Positions 61,401 through 64,000 of a DNA stretch of 64,000 bases are shown one piece after another. This DNA comes from Macrostomum lignano (taxonomy: Eukaryota), in the NCBI GenBank assembly GCA_002269645.1, contig NIVC01002891.1:62001-126000 (forward strand). The letters run 5' to 3'. The number at the start of each line of letters is the position of its first letter. The stretch's first letter is position 1. The translations under genes and the position numbers were made by a program. The notes under the pieces were generated by a model. It did no database searches. It had not been told where the DNA came from and worked only from the letters and a program-made list of their open reading frames with translations.

Positions 61401-63815
61401 TACTGAAAGCAGCAACGACAACTGGAAGGCAGCCAACACCGGTACTGAAAGCAGCAACGACAACTGGAAGGCAGCCAACACCGGATCTGAGAGCAACGAC
61501 AACTGGAAGGCAGCCAATACCGGTACTGAAAGCAGCAATAACTGGAAGGCAGCCAACACCGGTACTGAGAGCAGCAACGACAACTGGAAGGCAGCCAACA
61601 CCGGTTCTGAGAGCAGCAACGACAACTGGAAGGCAGCCAACACCGGATCTGAAAGCAACAACGACAACTGGAAGGCAGCCAACACCGGTTCTGAGAGCAG
61701 CAACGACAACTGGAAGGCAGCCAACACCGGTTCTGAGAGCAACAACGACAACTGGAAGGCAGCCAACACCGGTACTGAAAGCAGCAACGACAACTGGAAG
61801 GCAGCCAACACCGGTACTGAAAGCAGCAACGACAACTGGAAGGCAGCCAACACCGGATCTGAGAGCAACGACAACTGGAAGGCAGCCAACACCGGATCTG
61901 AGAGCAACGACAACTGGAAGGCAGCCAATACCGGTACTGAAAGCAGCAATAACTGGAAGGCAGCCAACACCGGTACTGAGAGCAGCAACGACAACTGGAA
62001 GGCAGCCAACACCGGTTCTGAGAGCAGCAACGACAACTGGAAGGCAGCCAACACCGGATCTGAAAGCAACAACGACAACTGGAAGGCAGCCAACACCGGA
62101 TCTGAAAACAACGATAACTGGAAGGCAGCCAACACCGGATCTGAGAGCAACGACAACTGGAAGGCAGCCAACACCGGTACTGAAAGCAGCAACAACTGGA
62201 AGGCAGCCAACACCGGTACTGAAAGCAGCAACGACAACTGGAAGGCAGCCAACACCGGATCTGTAAGCAACAACGACAACTGGAAGGCAGCCAACACCGG
62301 ATCTGAGAGCAACGACAACTGGAAGGCAGCCAACACCGGTACTGAGAGCAACAACGACAACTGGAAGGCAGCCAACACCGGTTCTGAAAGCAACGACAAC
62401 TGGAAGGCAGCCAACACCGGTTCTGAAAGCAACGACAACTGGAAGGCAGCCAACACCGGTTCTGAAAGCAACGACAACTGGAAGGCAGCCAACACCGGTA
62501 CTGAAAGCAACGACAACTGGAAGGCAGCCAACACCGGTACTGAAAGCAGCAACAACTGGAAGGCAGCCAACACCGACTTCCAGTCAGCCAGCAGCGAGAG
62601 CAAAGACAGCAACTACATTGAGTACAAGACAAACAGTCAGCTGGGCTCAGACTCTGAGAGTTCCTTCAATGCCAAAAAGAAGGGCGGCGCGAGCGGTGCC
62701 GAATTTAGCAAGCAGTACAACACTTTCGACAATGCCTACAGCGACAGCAGCGACCAGCAGCAGCAGCAACAAGAACAGCAGGAAGTCGGTAGCGCCAATC
62801 TCAACAGTTACGACTGGAACTTCGGCGACAACAATGAACTCCGCGCTGATTACTGAGCGCTTTGAATTGGCTTTTGATGTCAATGCGAACTTCATGCTGT
62901 TACTGAAGTCGTTTCTTTCGTTTGATTTCTGATTAGTAATGATTCGTTGTTTTTGTTCAAAATATACCACTTGTTGATAAAACAATTTGCTTGGTTTTTG
63001 TCGCTGATTTTTGACTGACTTATGAAAATAGGGTTAAAAAACAAGTATTTTATAGATTTGAAAGTACATGGGATGGATGGAAAAATGGAAATCACTAGGT
63101 ATATTGTGGATAGTTTCTCGTCAATATAGGATTTCCGATGTTGTGAAGCTAATGTGAATACCGAAGATAATGTATGGCATCATTCTAATAAGAGCCTATA
63201 CAAGCAGTTGCTTGGATTATACACTGCGTGTTCTGAATTCTGAACATTTTGGAGTGTGCGGATCCCTCAGTAACATGGGGTATTCCCTTAGTGACCTGGG
63301 TATTCCCTTAGTGACATGGGTATTCCCTTAGTGACATGGGGTATTCCCTTAGTGACATGGGTATTCCCTTAGTGACATGGGGTATTCCCTTAGTGACATG
63401 GGGTATTCCCTTGGTGACATGGGGTATTCCCTTAGTGACATGGGGTATTCCCTCAGTAAAATGAGGGAATTATGTATTCCCTCCTTATTTCAACATAAAA
63501 ACTCATCCAGTCTCCTCCCTCATCAAACTGCAAATCTCAGGCCCACCTGCAAATCCCCATCTGGCCAAGGAGGCGCAGCGACTGTACAGTCCGCTGACGG
63601 GCCGCCTGGTGGCCGGTGGCGACGCTGCAGCGACATCTGCCATCGGCAAGCTGGAGCTGCTGCAGGGCTCCGTGATAAGCATGCTGTGCCGCATCCTGCA
63701 GACTCAGGACCGAGCCGCTGTGCAGGCCTGGCTGATGGCCGCTTCGCCTAGAGAGCGCGAACTCGTGACCGACATTATCCAATCCTCGGTGGCCAACCGG
63801 GACGAGTATTTTGTG
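55447..63815 (+). CDS. TBATA/SPATIAL-like protein, exons 55447-55619, 56891-57138, 63541-63815, continuing past the window
   Basis: Splice phases agree (2, then 1). Motifs [23 protein letters not shown] and [28 protein letters not shown] resemble conserved blocks of TBATA as I recall them; not confirmed by a search. Confidence 0.65.
55620..56675. repeat. 16-bp then 21-bp minisatellites filling intron 1 of the TBATA-like gene
   Basis: CTGAGTTCCTTTGTTG, then CTGAGTACCTGTTCGTGGGTG. Confidence 0.95.
57255..57668. repeat. 12-bp minisatellite
   Basis: Unit CTCTCTCCCTGC. Confidence 0.95.
58020..58180 (+). promoter_or_regulatory. Putative internal promoter of the repeat-protein gene
   Basis: TATAAA at 58173-58178, GGGGTGGG at 58153-58160 and an inverted CCAAT (ATTGG) near 58024, all upstream of the ATG at 58252. 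Confidence 0.4.
58252..62856 (+). CDS. Intronless secreted ~1,534-aa tandem-repeat protein ([14 protein letters not shown] x~55, then [14 protein letters not shown] x~44) of unknown function
   Basis: 4.6-kb open frame with a signal-peptide-like start ([22 protein letters not shown]), 39/42-bp repeat units varying by whole codons, and a unique C-terminal tail before the stop. Confidence 0.85.
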   Translation: MSARLRPLLIALALWASLTLAAPPFGTDTGNNGSDDDWKVSETGAGSKDDDLKVFKTGAGSKDDDWKVSKTGAGSKQNAGTKDDDSNVAKTGAAKKNDDWKVSKTNAGSKDDDWKVSKTNPGSKDDDWKVSKTYAGSKDDDWKVSKTNPGSKDDDWKVSKTNAGSKNDDWKVSKTNAGSKNDDWKVSKTNAGSKNDDWKVPKTNPGSKDDDWKVSKTNAGSKNDDWKVPKTNPGSKDDDWKVSKTNAGSKNDDWKVPKTNPGSKDNDWKVSKTNPGSKDDDWKVPKTYAGSKNDDWKVSKTNAGSKNDDWKVSKTNAGSKNDDSRKVSKTNAGSKNDDWKVPKTNPGSKDDDWKVSKTNAGSKNDDWKVPKTNPGSKDNDWKVSKTNPGSKDDDWKVPKTNAGSKNDDWKVSKTNAGSKNDDWKVSKTNAGSKNDDSRKVSRTNAGSKNDDWKVPKTNPGSKDDDWKVSKAVAGNMENTGTKEEDWKVSKTGAGDKEKNTGTKGKDDWKVPKTNAGSKNDDWKVSKTNAGSKNDDWKVPKSGVGSKDDDWKVPKTNAGSKDNDWKVPKTNPGSKDNDWKVPKTNAGSKGDDWKVSKTNAGSKNDDWKVPKSGVGSKDDDWKVPKNGAGSKNDDWKVSKTNAGSKNDDWKVSKTNAGSKNDDWKVSKTNAGSKNDDWKVPKTNTGSKDDDWKVSKTVAGNKENTGTKDYDWKVSKTNAGSKNDDWKVSKTNAGSKNDDWKVSKTNAGSKNDDWKVPKTNTGSKDDDWKVSKTNAGSKNDDWKVPKTNAGSKHDDWKVSETGAAKKDDDLKESKTGAGSKDDDWKVAKTGAESNGKSIWKAASTDSENNNNWKAANTGSESSNDNGKAANTGSESNNENWKAASTGSESNNNWKAANTGSESSNDNGKAANTGTESNNDNWKAANTGSESNNDKWKAANTGSESNNDNWKAANTGSESSNDNWKAANTGTESSNDNWKAANTGSESNDNWKAANTGSESNNDNWKAANTGSESSNDNWKAANTGSESNSDNWKAANTGTESSNDNWKAANTGTESSNDNWKAANTGTESSNDNWKAANTGSESNDNWKAANTGTESSNNWKAANTGTESSNDNWKAANTGSESSNDNWKAANTGSESNNDNWKAANTGSESSNDNWKAANTGSESNNDNWKAANTGTESSNDNWKAANTGTESSNDNWKAANTGSESNDNWKAANTGSESNDNWKAANTGTESSNNWKAANTGTESSNDNWKAANTGSESSNDNWKAANTGSESNNDNWKAANTGSENNDNWKAANTGSESNDNWKAANTGTESSNNWKAANTGTESSNDNWKAANTGSVSNNDNWKAANTGSESNDNWKAANTGTESNNDNWKAANTGSESNDNWKAANTGSESNDNWKAANTGSESNDNWKAANTGTESNDNWKAANTGTESSNNWKAANTDFQSASSESKDSNYIEYKTNSQLGSDSESSFNAKKKGGASGAEFSKQYNTFDNAYSDSSDQQQQQQEQQEVGSANLNSYDWNFGDNNELRADY
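63265..63455. repeat. 21-22-bp minisatellite
   Basis: Unit CCTTAGTGACATGGGGTATTC. Confidence 0.9.
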
Positions 63816-63894
63816 GTGAGGCTCGACTGAGTTAATTGGGTAGAATTTTACTGCCGAAACTCGGCTGAGATAGAGAGACTTGAGCATAATTATA

Positions 63895-64000
63895 GGGGAG
63901 TAGAGGAAGGGAGAAGGGGAGTAGAGTGAGGGAGAAGGGGAGTAGAGTGAGGGAGAAGGGGAGTAGAGTGAGGGAGAAGGGGAGTAGAGTGAGGGAGAAG
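63895..64000. repeat. 21-bp minisatellite at the start of the next intron
   Basis: Unit GGGAGAAGGGGAGTAGAGTGA. Confidence 0.85.

Noticed and set aside
58350-62575. Neuropeptide precursor interpretation of the repeat protein
   Set aside because: The repeat units lack dibasic KR/RR sites and G-K/R amidation signals.
58424-62632. Overlapping alternative-frame and antisense ORFs in the repeat-protein gene
   Set aside because: They are by-products of a low-complexity repeat; only the 58252 frame has a signal peptide and a unique C-terminus.

Overview
Eukaryotic (animal) genomic DNA: GC-rich, Ala/Gln-rich exons separated by introns that are mostly filled with minisatellites. This style is most reminiscent of a flatworm such as Macrostomum, but the organism is my inference. 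Exon-by-exon reconstruction with splice-phase checks gives four host genes: a minus-strand SZT2 (KICSTOR scaffold) homologue (at least 16 exons, 26649 to off the left edge), single-exon MRPS12 (-), TBC1D22 Rab-GAP (-) and a TBATA/SPATIAL-like gene (+, running off the right edge). Two secreted-protein genes are nested on the same strand inside host introns. One is a signal peptide/PAN-like/fibrinogen-domain gene inside SZT2. The other is an intronless ~1,534-aa protein built from ~100 Trp-containing 13-14-aa repeats inside the TBATA-like gene. Mobile elements: an intact IR/DR Tc1 (DD34E, TA TSD); a recent Penelope-like retroelement with an intact RT+GIY-YIG ORF, an inverted truncated arm, hammerhead-like motifs and a TSD; a tRNA-derived SINE with a 13-bp TSD; nested hAT/MULE-like MITEs in a nearly CpG-free fossil region; and probable Helitron/Helentron-like elements carrying minisatellites. 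Most long ORFs in the track that lie over tandem arrays are artefacts.
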